Part shown: positions 18,417 through 28,237 of the stretch, one piece after another
Layout of the letters: each line of letters begins with the position of its first letter
Position numbering within the stretch: the stretch's first letter is position 1
Source of the DNA: Patescibacteria group bacterium
Lineage (GTDB): Bacteria; Patescibacteriota; Saccharimonadia; Saccharimonadales; JAZKJC01
Length of the DNA stretch: 64,000 nt
NCBI GenBank assembly: GCA_040384565.1
Contig: JAZKJC010000008.1
Location: 18,049 to 82,048 of the forward strand
Reading direction: 5' to 3'
Notes under the pieces: model-generated
Databases searched by the model: none
What the model was told of the DNA's origin: nothing
Seen by the model: only the letters and a program-made list of their open reading frames with translations
Translations under genes and position numbers: made by a program

Positions 18417-18505
18417 AAAACAGTCGACCTCATAATAATCAATCCTAATATCTAATTATAGCACATATTGTCAATTAAGGCAACATACTTCATACTGTTA
18501 GCGTT

Positions 18506-18970
18506 ATGGCTAAGAAGAAAGCACAAGATGCTAAGCAAATCAGCAATCGCCGGGCTCGTCATGATTACGACCTCGGGGATGGTTTAGTTGTGGGCATAGC
18601 CCTTAGTGGCGCGGAGACCAAAAGCCTGCGCCGAGGCCATGGCCACCTAAAAGGCTCCTACGTCACGGTCAAAGATAATGAGCTATGGCTGGTGAATGCC
18701 ACCATTACCGGCGACAGCGCCGTCAGGGTGCCAGAAGAAGACAAAACCCGTAACCGCAAGCTGTTGGCCAAACAAAGGGAAATAGCCGCTCTCATGGCAG
18801 CCAAACAGCAAGGCCAAACTATAGTACCATTAGAACTATTAACCCGTGGCCGCTACATAAAGCTCCGCATAGCCTCCGGCCGTGGCCGCAAAAAATACGA
18901 CAAAAGGGAAACAATAAAACGCCGCGACCAAGACCGCTCAAATAACCAGGAATTAAAACAACACCGCTAA
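18506..18970 (+). CDS. smpB: SsrA-binding protein
   Basis: 154 aa with NRRARHDY, VVGIALSGAE and a basic C-terminal tail. Confidence 0.9.
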   Translation: MAKKKAQDAKQISNRRARHDYDLGDGLVVGIALSGAETKSLRRGHGHLKGSYVTVKDNELWLVNATITGDSAVRVPEEDKTRNRKLLAKQREIAALMAAKQQGQTIVPLELLTRGRYIKLRIASGRGRKKYDKRETIKRRDQDRSNNQELKQHR

Positions 18971-18978
18971 CCCGATAC

Positions 18979-19012
18979 GTACAAGGTTCTATGTACAAGG
19001 TTCAACCTTGTA
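18979..19012 (+). terminator. hairpin gtacaaggtt/aaccttgtac after the smpB stop
   Basis: A 10-bp perfect inverted repeat. There is no strong T tract. Confidence 0.35.
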
Positions 19013-19026
19013 CGGTAATAGCTTGC

Positions 19027-19055
19027 TTGTCGAGCTCTCCCGTCTCCGTTATAAT
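19027..19055 (+). promoter_or_regulatory. sigma70-like promoter TTGTCG-N17-TATAAT upstream of tRNA-Asn
   Basis: A near-consensus -35 and -10 with 17-nt spacing, about 110 nt upstream of the tRNA. Confidence 0.5.
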
Positions 19056-19165
19056 GCACCAGTATCGTATTACGAAATACGTAGTAGTATAACTGTTAGC
19101 GTCATTATCATGTCCTGACCGTCATACCAACTACGTTATACGTTCTACGCAATCATCCCGGGTAG

Positions 19166-19240
19166 CTCAATGGTGGAGCAAGAAGCTGTTAACTTCGAGG
19201 TTGTCGGTTCGAGTCCGACCCCGGGAGCCAGACCAAGCAC
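19166..19240 (+). tRNA. tRNA-Asn (anticodon GUU) with encoded CCA
   Basis: Cloverleaf folded by hand: acceptor TCCCGGG/CCCGGGA, D-arm GCTC-AATGGTG-GAGC, anticodon loop CTGTTAA, T-arm GTCGG-TTCGAGT-CCGAC, discriminator G then CCA. Confidence 0.85.
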
Positions 19241-19253
19241 TAAGAGAGGTAGA

Positions 19254-19296
19254 CCGGGTTCCTAGACCGGTCTTTCTCTATTTTTGAGCATTACCT
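19254..19296 (+). terminator. rho-independent terminator after tRNA-Asn
   Basis: Stem gagaggtagaccgg/ccggtctttctct, followed by attttt. Confidence 0.55.
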
Positions 19297-19317
19297 ATGA
19301 AATTTTCGCCCCCGTTA

Positions 19318-19350
19318 CGGGTTCGAATCCAGCCCCTGTCTTGTCCGAAA
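19318..19350 (+). other. degenerate tRNA T-arm/acceptor-like fragment (GGTTCGAATCCAGCCCC), a possible relic att site
   Basis: It matches the fragment at 22461-22485 in 15 of 17 positions (GGTTCGAAyCCAGyCC). It has no CCA and no 5' half. Confidence 0.4.
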
Positions 19351-19491
19351 ATGTTGGAACGGTCAAATGACACGAACGATTCCAATTTTTCTCTGCAACA
19401 CGGTTCCGAAACCGACCAGCCCACTATATGGCAACCAGGCAGATTGAAAGCCGACCGGGTTCCATGACCAAGCCCTCGAGTGATGACTTAT

Positions 19492-21189
19492 CTACACGAT
19501 CACACCGTGACATTTCTTATACTTCTTACCACTGCCACATGGACAAGGCTCATTGCGGCCAATCTTCTCCCCAGTTTGCAATGAAAAAACCGTTAATTTA
19601 TCATTAGTGCGCTCCTGCGTGCTAAAATCTAGTCCAAGCGATAGTACGAAATCTTCATAAGCAAAAAGCTCGGGATATTTGTTCTCTTGTCTGAGTAAAT
19701 CTTCGGTAGACTTCTGACCGGCTTTCCGCCGTTCCTTTGCTTCACTCAGTCGTTTTGACTCAAGTAAACGATCAATTTGTTCCGCCTCTTTCTGCGTCTG
19801 TTTATAACCACGTTTATCGCCGAGGTTCTCGTAAGCAGCCAACAGGTAATCCTCGAGGCACTGCAGCGGCCATTCGTCTGGCTCAAGTTCGCCAGCAAGC
19901 ACCCTGACCCAGACTGTATGACTTACGCCTATTGTCTTGTGGTCTTCGCCAGTCTCTAGCAAACCACGGGCAATCCCCATGGCCATCATTTGACTGTGCT
20001 CTGGATAACGCTTGAGTAACTGCTCTAATTGATACTGCCAATTCTTACCTGTAGTAATTCGCCTAATCACATCAGCTACCGCAAAGTCCGGGAAAAAGCC
20101 GCTGGCCAGACCGGCTTCAGCAATAGCGAACATGTGTTCCACAACACCCGATTGCCGAAGCACCTCATACGCTAACAAATCATGAACAGTAGCCCGTAAA
20201 CTTGCAAAATCATGAGGATACTTTTGATATGTTTCGAAGACTGCTTTGTCGGTTTGCTCAAAAGCCCATGCCAAGCGTTCAATAGTGACAAAGTAGAGGT
20301 TGCTGTCGGGCTCAACATCCTCCAGGTCAAAAACGATTGACATAAAAGTCTCCATGAGCGGCCGAGTAATCAAGCGATCCCACAGCACCTCGCAGGCTGC
20401 ATAGAGGTAGTCATCATCGACTTCCCGAGCGTCAGACGCCCGCGCTTTAACTTTGTCAACGATCGTCTCAATAGCATCTCTAACCGGACGACCGATGGCT
20501 TTGAATTCTATCTCATCAAGCTCAATACCCATTTTGGCCAACTTTTTTAGAATCTGCTCGGTCGATGTGGTCTCTAGGTCTTTAGACAATACAAAATCAA
20601 AACGCGGGTTGTCTGCAAGCTTGCGCAGGCTATATTGCAAAAAGTCACCGCGTAGAGCCTGTTCTTGTAGCTTTTGCCCGAAACTATATTGCGGGTTCAA
20701 ATTCAGTGCAATGTTTAGCGCCGCTTCCCCTAACAGTAAACTGCCGTTAAGATACGCTGTTGAGGCGACATTAGCAAAGAGACGATACGGTTCGGCAATG
20801 ATGATACGTTCATCCAGAGCTGTTTGCAACGTCTTAAGCCAGAGCGTCTCGCTTTCCTCCGTGTTGCCACGGCGTAGTGCAGCATCGGCGGACAGCGACA
20901 TTTCAACGATGAACGTTGGATCTATGGTATGTAGCGTAACCCCGCTCAAAGTTGAACGATCTGCATTCAGTGGCTTTGCAGCCTGAAGGATATTGTCAAC
21001 CTCTGATGGTTCCATATTGAGACTGGCTGCCATGCTAATCAATACTGACAGCCAAAGTGGCGCCTTGTCGGCCCCAGCCGTATCCATTTTGCGCCATCGT
21101 TCCAAATCCTCAGCCGTCAATATGCTTTCAAGCTGTGTACCTCGAATTGCGTCGTTGATTGCTTTGGTATTCATTAACGAATCCTCCAT
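19492..21189 (-). CDS. SEC-C motif domain protein (about 565 aa from the internal Met)
   Basis: The C-terminal [17 protein letters not shown] is a SEC-C metal-binding motif. A start at 21189 avoids the overlap with the upstream gene. Confidence 0.55.
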   Translation of the reverse strand: MEDSLMNTKAINDAIRGTQLESILTAEDLERWRKMDTAGADKAPLWLSVLISMAASLNMEPSEVDNILQAAKPLNADRSTLSGVTLHTIDPTFIVEMSLSADAALRRGNTEESETLWLKTLQTALDERIIIAEPYRLFANVASTAYLNGSLLLGEAALNIALNLNPQYSFGQKLQEQALRGDFLQYSLRKLADNPRFDFVLSKDLETTSTEQILKKLAKMGIELDEIEFKAIGRPVRDAIETIVDKVKARASDAREVDDDYLYAACEVLWDRLITRPLMETFMSIVFDLEDVEPDSNLYFVTIERLAWAFEQTDKAVFETYQKYPHDFASLRATVHDLLAYEVLRQSGVVEHMFAIAEAGLASGFFPDFAVADVIRRITTGKNWQYQLEQLLKRYPEHSQMMAMGIARGLLETGEDHKTIGVSHTVWVRVLAGELEPDEWPLQCLEDYLLAAYENLGDKRGYKQTQKEAEQIDRLLESKRLSEAKERRKAGQKSTEDLLRQENKYPELFAYEDFVLSLGLDFSTQERTNDKLTVFSLQTGEKIGRNEPCPCGSGKKYKKCHGVIV

Positions 21190-21190
21190 G

Positions 21191-21832
21191 TTATTCCAGA
21201 TATAGCTTAGAGAATTTTTTGCCATCAATAACTTGCAGCACCGATCCATCACCCAACGGGGTACCATCTGGCATTGTAGAGAACGTATCTATACACCACA
21301 CTCCATTTTTAACCTCATAACAAGTATCGGTAGGGGTGTGTCCAAATACTTGAGACGTATCCTTGTATATAATACTGCCCCCAGGTCTTGCCCAAATAGG
21401 GCTCATGTCATTCCATAGGCCATCCACATCTTTTAGGCCAGACCACTCATTTGTTATGCCAGCGTGAGAATAAGTAACGCCATCAATTTCGATAATAACA
21501 GGCAGGCCAGCAAGCCACGCTTTCACATTTTTATTTTCTAGGGCATCGATTAAAATTTGTGTCATAGGATTGTAGCCAGATTGCAATGAAGGCGTATTGT
21601 TGACATATATGTAGTCGTGATTACCTGTAACAAGCTCAACCTTGCCTTGGTTTTTAGTCTGCAGATCTTTTAGAGTATTCCAAGTGTTTAGGGTATCTTG
21701 CGGACTAGCGCTAAAGTCATCCGCATAATCACCACAGAAAATAACCTTATCATAAACGTTGTTGAGTTTAGCGACTTTCTCAATAATCCATATTTTTGTG
21801 TGAATGTCGCCCATGGCGAGTACTTTTGCCAT
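21191..21832 (-). CDS. calcineurin-like metallophosphoesterase (lambda-PPase-like)
   Basis: Motifs GDIH, GDYADD and GNHD are present. Confidence 0.75.
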   Translation of the reverse strand: MAKVLAMGDIHTKIWIIEKVAKLNNVYDKVIFCGDYADDFSASPQDTLNTWNTLKDLQTKNQGKVELVTGNHDYIYVNNTPSLQSGYNPMTQILIDALENKNVKAWLAGLPVIIEIDGVTYSHAGITNEWSGLKDVDGLWNDMSPIWARPGGSIIYKDTSQVFGHTPTDTCYEVKNGVWCIDTFSTMPDGTPLGDGSVLQVIDGKKFSKLYLE

Positions 21833-21853
21833 AATTTACGTGCAGGCGACTAG

Positions 21854-22201
21854 TTACGCCCGTCCGTGCAATTTTCGTATACGTGCCCGTACCGATTCTT
21901 GATACTGTGTAGGGTTTTGCATTTGGTGATAGGCACGAACAGCGATAACCTCAAAACTATCATCATCTACAAGGTAAACAACTGCGACTTTGTAATTTTT
22001 CATCTGCATCTTACGTACATCTGGGTCATCTTTGAACACGACGTTAGCTCGTGGCAAGTTTTCCAAGTTCGCTACGGTTTCCATAGCTTCATCGAAAAAA
22101 TTCGCTGCCGATTCAGCGTCCACTAGTTCTTCATAAAATGCCATGAGTTCAGCGATATCGTTCTCGGCATCTTCTGTAAGATTGACGCTATACTTTTGCA
22201 C
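21854..22201 (-). CDS. type II toxin, RelE/ParE family
   Basis: 115 aa. The C-terminal YKVAVVYLVDDDSFEVIAVRAYHQ block fits RelE/ParE. It overlaps a small upstream ORF. Confidence 0.65.
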   Translation of the reverse strand: MQKYSVNLTEDAENDIAELMAFYEELVDAESAANFFDEAMETVANLENLPRANVVFKDDPDVRKMQMKNYKVAVVYLVDDDSFEVIAVRAYHQMQNPTQYQESVRARIRKLHGRA

Positions 22202-22376
22202 CAGCCAGCTCCTGATATTTTTTTAGAATATCTTTCTTGGCCTGGCTGAGCGGTATACGGTTTTTAGGATTTTTAGCATGTTTAATGCGTCGCTCCAGCT
22301 CAAGTAGAAACTCTGGGCTGCTTTCATCTACATTAATGACTTTGCTACTATTCATACTTTTATTATACCTTATCAC
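22188..22376 (-). CDS. putative antitoxin partner of the ParE-like toxin
   Basis: 62-aa ORF overlapping the toxin start by 14 nt, the classic toxin-antitoxin arrangement. Confidence 0.5.
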   Translation of the reverse strand: MIRYNKSMNSSKVINVDESSPEFLLELERRIKHAKNPKNRIPLSQAKKDILKKYQELAGAKV

Positions 22377-22452
22377 ACGTAAAAATACGCGTAAAAACTT
22401 GATAAATAACGGATGTGAGCTATCATTAAGCGAGTCTAAAATCGGATGGTAA

Positions 22453-23967
22453 TTAAGTTTGGTTCGAACCCAGTCCGGGGAGCCAATTTCCAGATTTAGC
22501 CATGTCTGTTAGAGCATCAAACGGCTCTAACAGATTAAAAACTAGCTTTTCACCGTCTAGTTTGGCGTTAGGAAGTACTAAATTGAGTAGGTATCGTTTT
22601 TGTTCCAGTTTCGTACTTTCTGCTGCTAACAGTTCTGCGCCTCGGCTTGCGACATCTAAAATGTATGACGCACCGATAACAAAAGCCTTGTCGCCGTCTG
22701 CGTGGTCAGCAATTTGCTGTGCTATGTCTTTTTGCTTTGTTTCAAGGTCTTTAACCATAGATTCAAACAGTTGGTGCCTATGAGCAAACTGTTTTCTGTC
22801 ACTAAACAAGTCTTTAATATCTATGTCTATCTGGTCATGTTCTCTTTGCAGACGTTTTTTATTGGTTAAGTAATGTTTCTGCTCTGAATCGTGGTTACGC
22901 TCAATTTCAGCAACAATTTCGGGCATTACTTGCTCTGGTACTTGAAAGCCAGTAAAGACTTCCATGACTTGGGCTATTAGTTTGTCTTCGTTAACAATCT
23001 TTGCACCATGCTTACCGCCGTACTCTGTACAGCGCATTAAGTTGTACTTATCTTTTTTGCGGTCTGTCGTAATGGTATAGCCACAAGTGTTGCACTTTAA
23101 GTTCTTAAACAGAAACTGCCTACCATACTTGGTACGGTGCAAGGCTCGTTGCTCTTTGACTTCTTGGCACCTGTCCCAAATCCAGGGCTGCACAATAGCA
23201 CCGTAGTGGTGGACGTAGATGTTGCCGTCATAGCGCATTTTGCCGTAATAGAATGGGTTCTTAAGTATTTCTTCCCACTGACCACGAGTAATAGCCTTTT
23301 GGAGCTTGGTATTGCTTACCAGACCGTCATTCTTTAATTCTTTAGCAATCATAGCGAATGACATGCCAGTTGAGCGCAGCTCAAAGCCTTTGGCAATGTG
23401 ACGGCTGCGTACTGGGTCAGGTTTGATATGCCTAATATCATTACCGTTGGCGTCCTTGCCCTTAACATAGTTGATGTAGCCAATAGGGGCTTTGCCTGGC
23501 CATTCACCGTCTGCCAGCTTTTGGTCAAAACGGCGTTTAACGTTGTCCCGTATTGCGCTGGAATAGTAGCCAGCAAGTGCTACGCCAATATCTAGGCGAA
23601 ACAAATCGGCTGCTGGTGAGTTTTTATGAATGTACAGATTATCTGACGGGAAGTGCATTTCAATGCGTCCTTGCCGAAATAGTGCAGTCAAAACTTGCTT
23701 TTCTTCTGACGAGGAGTCACGGCTAAAGCGGTCAATTTTATCAAAAACTACGATTGACAGGTCTGTTGCTTCCATTAAAGGCTGCATAACGCTTTCTCTG
23801 AACTTTTTGCGTGTATCTTTGAACGCTGTTTCGTCAAACTCTACGTAAATGTAATCCTTATCTTCAATCCATTTTTGTTCTTTCGCGTAGTCTTTTAGTT
23901 TTTTTGTTTGGGCGGGAAGTGCTTCCCGTTGTACTGGGTCTGATACCCTTGCTATTAAATAATTCAT
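22453..23967 (-). CDS. large serine recombinase (resolvase/invertase-type catalytic domain, recombinase domain and zinc ribbon)
   Basis: The N-terminus YLIARVSDPVQ carries the catalytic Ser. A recombinase-domain block (PIGYINY...) and CNTCGY...C zinc-ribbon cysteines are also present. Confidence 0.85.
   Translation of the reverse strand: MNYLIARVSDPVQREALPAQTKKLKDYAKEQKWIEDKDYIYVEFDETAFKDTRKKFRESVMQPLMEATDLSIVVFDKIDRFSRDSSSEEKQVLTALFRQGRIEMHFPSDNLYIHKNSPAADLFRLDIGVALAGYYSSAIRDNVKRRFDQKLADGEWPGKAPIGYINYVKGKDANGNDIRHIKPDPVRSRHIAKGFELRSTGMSFAMIAKELKNDGLVSNTKLQKAITRGQWEEILKNPFYYGKMRYDGNIYVHHYGAIVQPWIWDRCQEVKEQRALHRTKYGRQFLFKNLKCNTCGYTITTDRKKDKYNLMRCTEYGGKHGAKIVNEDKLIAQVMEVFTGFQVPEQVMPEIVAEIERNHDSEQKHYLTNKKRLQREHDQIDIDIKDLFSDRKQFAHRHQLFESMVKDLETKQKDIAQQIADHADGDKAFVIGASYILDVASRGAELLAAESTKLEQKRYLLNLVLPNAKLDGEKLVFNLLEPFDALTDMAKSGNWLPGLGSNQT
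22456..22485 (+). other. tRNA 3'-end-like fragment (T-loop, T-stem, acceptor, discriminator, CCA) overlapping the recombinase stop; putative att site
   Basis: The sequence ggttcgaacccagtccggggagcca has no matching 5' tRNA half upstream. On the opposite strand the same nucleotides encode the last 11 codons of the recombinase (GNWLPGLGSNQT). Confidence 0.5.
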
Positions 23968-24047
23968 TTATTGTATCCTTACTATTATTTTATGATTTAC
24001 CTCTGATAATTACTACCAGTAAGGGGGAGATAAACTCCCCCATGTGC

Positions 24048-24500
24048 CTACGCTTCCAACAGTCCAATGAGCTTCTGCTGTTCGTCTGCCGATATAAGTG
24101 GCTCATGTAAGCCCTTATACAGTTCTTCACCGCTACGTATCAAGCCGATATAGTACGGATTGGTAACGATTCGTTTTATGCTAGCCTTACTGCGAATATC
24201 TAATGATTCACCGCTTAAAAGGATAGATAACCGTAACCTAAACTCCTCGGTAGAAATCTTACCGTTGGCTGCTTCCTGCATTACTACACGCATAGCCATA
24301 CCTCTACGGGTTATGCGGAACAATCCGCTAGTTTCTGTAGTTGAGTAGCCAAAAGGTGGACGCCGTAGTGCATATCCAGCTTTGGCTAGATTCTGCATTG
24401 CTGTCTTTGTATTTTCACACGCTGTTAGGCGTTGATATTCAGCTATCACTGACATAAAATCTTTCATTATCTTTTCTGTTGCTTCTTCTTGCTTATTCAT
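24048..24500 (-). pseudogene. truncated serine-recombinase-like ORF (C-terminal and recombinase-domain portion only)
   Basis: 150 aa. The block AGYALRRPPFGYSTTETSGLFRITRRG resembles the recombinase domain of large serine recombinases. No catalytic N-domain is encoded upstream. Confidence 0.4.
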
Positions 24501-24594
24501 TATTTGAACTCCATTTAATTTAAGTTATTGTTGCGCAAGGGCTATGCTGTGTTGCTGTTAGCCTAACCGCTTGCGTCTATGTAAGTGTGATATG

Positions 24595-24780
24595 TTATTT
24601 CTCTGGCTCTACCTCGCTTTGCGTCTTAGTGTTCCGCCAGTCCTGGTGCTGTTTATCCAGCACAATTAGGAACTCTATGTAGCGCACAAGGTTAAACTTA
24701 ATTTCCTTGTATTGCTGTTCGGTTAGCTGCTTGTCATAGAACTTTTCAAACAGCGCCTTAGCGTCGGGTTGCTTACTCAT
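24595..24780 (-). CDS. hypothetical small protein
   Basis: 61-aa ORF overlapping the next gene's start. Confidence 0.3.
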   Translation of the reverse strand: MSKQPDAKALFEKFYDKQLTEQQYKEIKFNLVRYIEFLIVLDKQHQDWRNTKTQSEVEPEK

Positions 24781-25765
24781 TTTCAGCCCCTGTTTCTAAG
24801 CTGTAGTGTATGTTTCTACCTACGCCTTGTGTTTCTTTTACCAAGCCTTCTTCAAGTAGTTCTTCTAGTAGCTCACGCAATTTATGTTCGTTGATTTTTA
24901 CGCCTTGCTGCTTTAAGCTCGCAAGCAACTCTTTTTGAATTGGTTGCTGGTTTTCGCTTAGCTGCGTAAGAATTGTGTCTTTTAGCATTTGACGCTTCTT
25001 ATCTGATATATTCACTTCGCCGTCGTATATGAGCTGAAACGAATCATCATCCGCGCTTATTTCTACTTCAAACTTACCTAGCTCTGGGGCATAGCGGTTT
25101 TTAGTCTGATGTACTACTAAGCTGTCTTTGCGCCGACTTATAGCTACATGGCTGTCTATTGACGCTGGAATGTCTGACGAGCCACGCATTGCGTTAAGCC
25201 CACTATCGGCATTTACGCCAGGCTTACGATTGTGGTGTGTCAGTATCAGCGTAATGTCCTGCGCAGTAAACTTCCTAAGTTGCTTAAACACTGCTGCCAT
25301 TTCGCCAGAACTGTTTTCGTCACTGGCATGTATGCGCACCAGGGAATCTATGATGATTACCTTGATGTCCCGTATTGCACACTCAATGAGTGTTTCGGCG
25401 ACTGTTTCGTTGCTTAAAACGAAACCAGGCTGTGGACTAAAGTAAATTGGTAAATCCGCTAGTGCGCCGAGCATAAACAGACGTTCTTGGACGAGCCGTT
25501 GGCTGTTTTCTTCGTCTATTATCAGCACTCCACTTTGCTTTGTTGCAAACTCACCGAATAGTGGTTCGCCCCTAGCTACGCTTATTGCTGTGTGTAGCGT
25601 TATCCATGTTTTGCATGACGCTGGTGCGCCCGAAAATATCGTTATAGCTGCGTCTGGCACAAGCTTGTCCACGAGCCATTTCTGGGGCGGAAAGTTTTTG
25701 TGCATTAGTTCTTGTATTGTTAGTAATTGGTCCATATTGGAAACCTTTCGTAAGAAGCTATCCAA
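24773..25765 (-). CDS. RecA-family (AAA_25/RepA-like) ATPase with a C-terminal winged-helix domain; mobile-element replication or mobilisation protein
   Basis: Walker A GAPASCKTW and Walker B VIIIDSL. The C-terminus LRELLEELLEEGLV resembles a wHTH. Confidence 0.6.
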   Translation of the reverse strand: MDSFLRKVSNMDQLLTIQELMHKNFPPQKWLVDKLVPDAAITIFSGAPASCKTWITLHTAISVARGEPLFGEFATKQSGVLIIDEENSQRLVQERLFMLGALADLPIYFSPQPGFVLSNETVAETLIECAIRDIKVIIIDSLVRIHASDENSSGEMAAVFKQLRKFTAQDITLILTHHNRKPGVNADSGLNAMRGSSDIPASIDSHVAISRRKDSLVVHQTKNRYAPELGKFEVEISADDDSFQLIYDGEVNISDKKRQMLKDTILTQLSENQQPIQKELLASLKQQGVKINEHKLRELLEELLEEGLVKETQGVGRNIHYSLETGAENE

Positions 25766-25911
25766 CGGAACAGGTTGTTATTGGTGTTGGACGGCTTCTT
25801 TTCCCGTTCCACAATCATCATCTCAACTAATAAAGGAGCTGTGATTCAGCCCCTAAACAACACGGTTTAGTTACGGTTTTCTAATCTGCTATAAACGTAT
25901 GTTTAACGATT

Positions 25912-26802
25912 TTATTCGGTGTTTTTTCGGTAGCTTTTTATAAGCTCAACGTAGACTTTTTGCTGCTGTGGCGCAAGTTCTTTTACTGGCGTAAAGCGCA
26001 CGGTCTTCTTGCTCGTACCTGCAAAGAATATGTCTTTAAGCTCTTTATTAAATCCTTGTAATCTAATTACTTCGGACAGGTCTTTATAACTTTGGCAGCC
26101 GTCAATAAGTTGAATGTCGCCAATGCCAATGTTCTGGTTAGTATGAGTTTGTACGTAGTGCATTAAATTATAAGGACCAGAATCTACACGCAAGTTTTTA
26201 ATAGGAAATAATTCTTTGCCTTTAATACCAATGAGTATTCGCGTGCCGTCTATCTTTACTTCGGCATACATTATTTGCGCAAGCGGGGCGGTATCAGTAC
26301 GGCGCACTGTCGCTCCAAATGCTTGGCAAGTTTCGTCTGTCGGTTTTATTGCTTCAATGATAATAAGACCTTTAATTGCTACAGCCAACAGTGTTTCTAC
26401 AAACTTTTTACTATTACTGGACTGATTACCCTTAATGTCCCTAGCCGTATTTGAAGTACCTAGCTTATTAAGCAATCGTGTTTCGTGCTGCGCATACAAT
26501 GTAATGGAATTGCCAGTGGGTGCAAATATACGGTCAGACTGGAAATACTCAATATAGCTATTAACCATATCCTTAAACCACCTGGTATCGGCAGTCTGTA
26601 CGGCACTGTCTATGCTTTCAATCCTGGCTTCATTTACCAGCTTCTCTAGCACTGCTGCACAGTAGTCTTTATTGTTCGGGTAACCAATAAAGTCGGTCAG
26701 TAAGCCTTGCAGCTTTTCTTGGTCAGCTTGAACATAGCCACTAAGCAAGGCGTAGATATACAGCAAACGGCTGTCCCAAAACTGCGTTATAGGCATTTTC
26801 AT
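25912..26802 (-). CDS. hypothetical protein (296 aa) of the mobile-element module
   Basis: ORF only. Confidence 0.4.
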   Translation of the reverse strand: MKMPITQFWDSRLLYIYALLSGYVQADQEKLQGLLTDFIGYPNNKDYCAAVLEKLVNEARIESIDSAVQTADTRWFKDMVNSYIEYFQSDRIFAPTGNSITLYAQHETRLLNKLGTSNTARDIKGNQSSNSKKFVETLLAVAIKGLIIIEAIKPTDETCQAFGATVRRTDTAPLAQIMYAEVKIDGTRILIGIKGKELFPIKNLRVDSGPYNLMHYVQTHTNQNIGIGDIQLIDGCQSYKDLSEVIRLQGFNKELKDIFFAGTSKKTVRFTPVKELAPQQQKVYVELIKSYRKNTE

Positions 26803-27249
26803 GTCTGCAATTATTGTAAATCATGGGCTAGATTGTGCCGAATCGGTAAGTTTTATGCTTAACCAGTAAAAATGCCATTCTTCACTGATATTGCTCTGTT
26901 CTTGGCAATTTTAGTTATAAATATAAACACGTCTATTTCGGGGATTTGTCTGCTTTAGTGCCAGCAGCAGCATGTAGGTTTCTAATCATTGCGTAAACAG
27001 CGTGTTCTTTTGGGGGCTTTATGTGCGACATGTCTGGTATTCGCCGTTTCATTATCATTTGCAGTTTTAGTTTGCTTTGCTCGTCCATATACTAATTATA
27101 GGACAGTTCAACATAGCCTGTAGAGGACATTTACAGCCGATTTAAGCTGATTTATTGCCTTTAACGACTAACTCTACCAAAAGCCCCGCAAACTCCGCAA
27201 TTATAAGAGTAATTGTTGTATAGTTATATCAGACTGCAAAGGAGTTAAC

Positions 27250-28230
27250 ATGAAAGTAAAAGTATCCGAATTAAAAAACAATGTCTTAGCTGGTGTTTCT
27301 AAACTAGGCTACGAAGACCAAGACGCACAAACTATTGCAGATGTACTCCTTTACGCCCAGCTTCGTGGCAATAATCAAGGTATAACTAAGATTGCTACTG
27401 GTGGTGTGCCTAAGGCTAGCGATGTAAAGCCACTGGAAGTTGTAAAAGAAAACAAGTGTGGTGCTTTGCTATCGGGTGGACATTCAATGGTGGCTACTGC
27501 AAAAGCCGCACAAATGGCAGCAGATTTAGCAGCGCAGCACGGCGTTGGAGTGGTAGCTTCTAACCATACCTTTACTTCATCTGGCGCAATAGGCTATTTT
27601 TCACGACAGATTGCTCAACAAGGTTGTATTGGCTTTGTCTGTGTAGGAAATGGCTCATTTGCTTTTGTTGCCCCAAGTGGTTCAGCAGAGGCTAAACTCG
27701 GTACGAATCCATTCTCTTATGCGTTTCCGTACAATGGTGGCGAAGTGGTCTTTGATAATGCAACTGCTGCTATGGCATTTTTTGGAATAGTTGAAGCCAA
27801 GCTAAAAGGCGAAGCCCTGCCAGAAGGTATTGGGTTTGATAAAAATGGCAGTCCTAGCACAGACGCAGCCGAAGTATTGGACGGCTCAATTTCAACCTTT
27901 GCAGAGCATAAGGGCTTCGGACTTTCTCTATTTGTGCAGTTGCTCGGCAGTGCCTTTGCGCTAGCTGGTATGCCAGGTGCGCATGAAGATGACGGCGCAG
28001 GTACATTCGTAATGGCGATTGACCCTGGATTGCTGGCTGGTAAAGATGAGTATATGAAACGAGCTACAGAACTTGTTAACAGCGTTAAGGCTGCTAAACC
28101 ATTACCAAATAAAAGCGTTTTATTACCTGGTGAACATGGTGACACACTTGCAAAACAAGCAGAAGAAAGTGGCGAAATTGAAATTGCTGACGCTATTTGG
28201 AGCGAACTTACAGCATTTGTGAGTAATTAG
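27250..28230 (+). CDS. Ldh_2 family (malate/L-lactate dehydrogenase family 2) oxidoreductase, the family that includes ketimine (Pip2C/Pyr2C) reductases
   Basis: 326 aa with family-characteristic blocks (HSMVAT, ASNHTF, GTNPFSYAFP, AEHKGFGLS). Confidence 0.75.
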   Translation: MKVKVSELKNNVLAGVSKLGYEDQDAQTIADVLLYAQLRGNNQGITKIATGGVPKASDVKPLEVVKENKCGALLSGGHSMVATAKAAQMAADLAAQHGVGVVASNHTFTSSGAIGYFSRQIAQQGCIGFVCVGNGSFAFVAPSGSAEAKLGTNPFSYAFPYNGGEVVFDNATAAMAFFGIVEAKLKGEALPEGIGFDKNGSPSTDAAEVLDGSISTFAEHKGFGLSLFVQLLGSAFALAGMPGAHEDDGAGTFVMAIDPGLLAGKDEYMKRATELVNSVKAAKPLPNKSVLLPGEHGDTLAKQAEESGEIEIADAIWSELTAFVSN

Positions 28231-28237
28231 GTAGCGT

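Noticed and set aside
18971-19165. possible tmRNA (ssrA) adjacent to smpB
   Set aside because: I searched the smpB flanks for the tmRNA 5' GGGG..TTCGACG start and the tRNA-like 3' end with an internal tag ORF. Only a hairpin, a promoter and the tRNA-Asn are present.
20453-20986. 177-aa plus-strand ORF
   Set aside because: Antisense to the SEC-C domain protein gene, and Ser-rich low complexity.
22420-22490. complete tRNA gene at the recombinase 3' end
   Set aside because: Only the T-loop, T-stem, acceptor and CCA portion is present. No complementary 5' acceptor strand (TCCCCGG) or D-arm occurs upstream, so this is a 3' fragment or att site rather than a gene.
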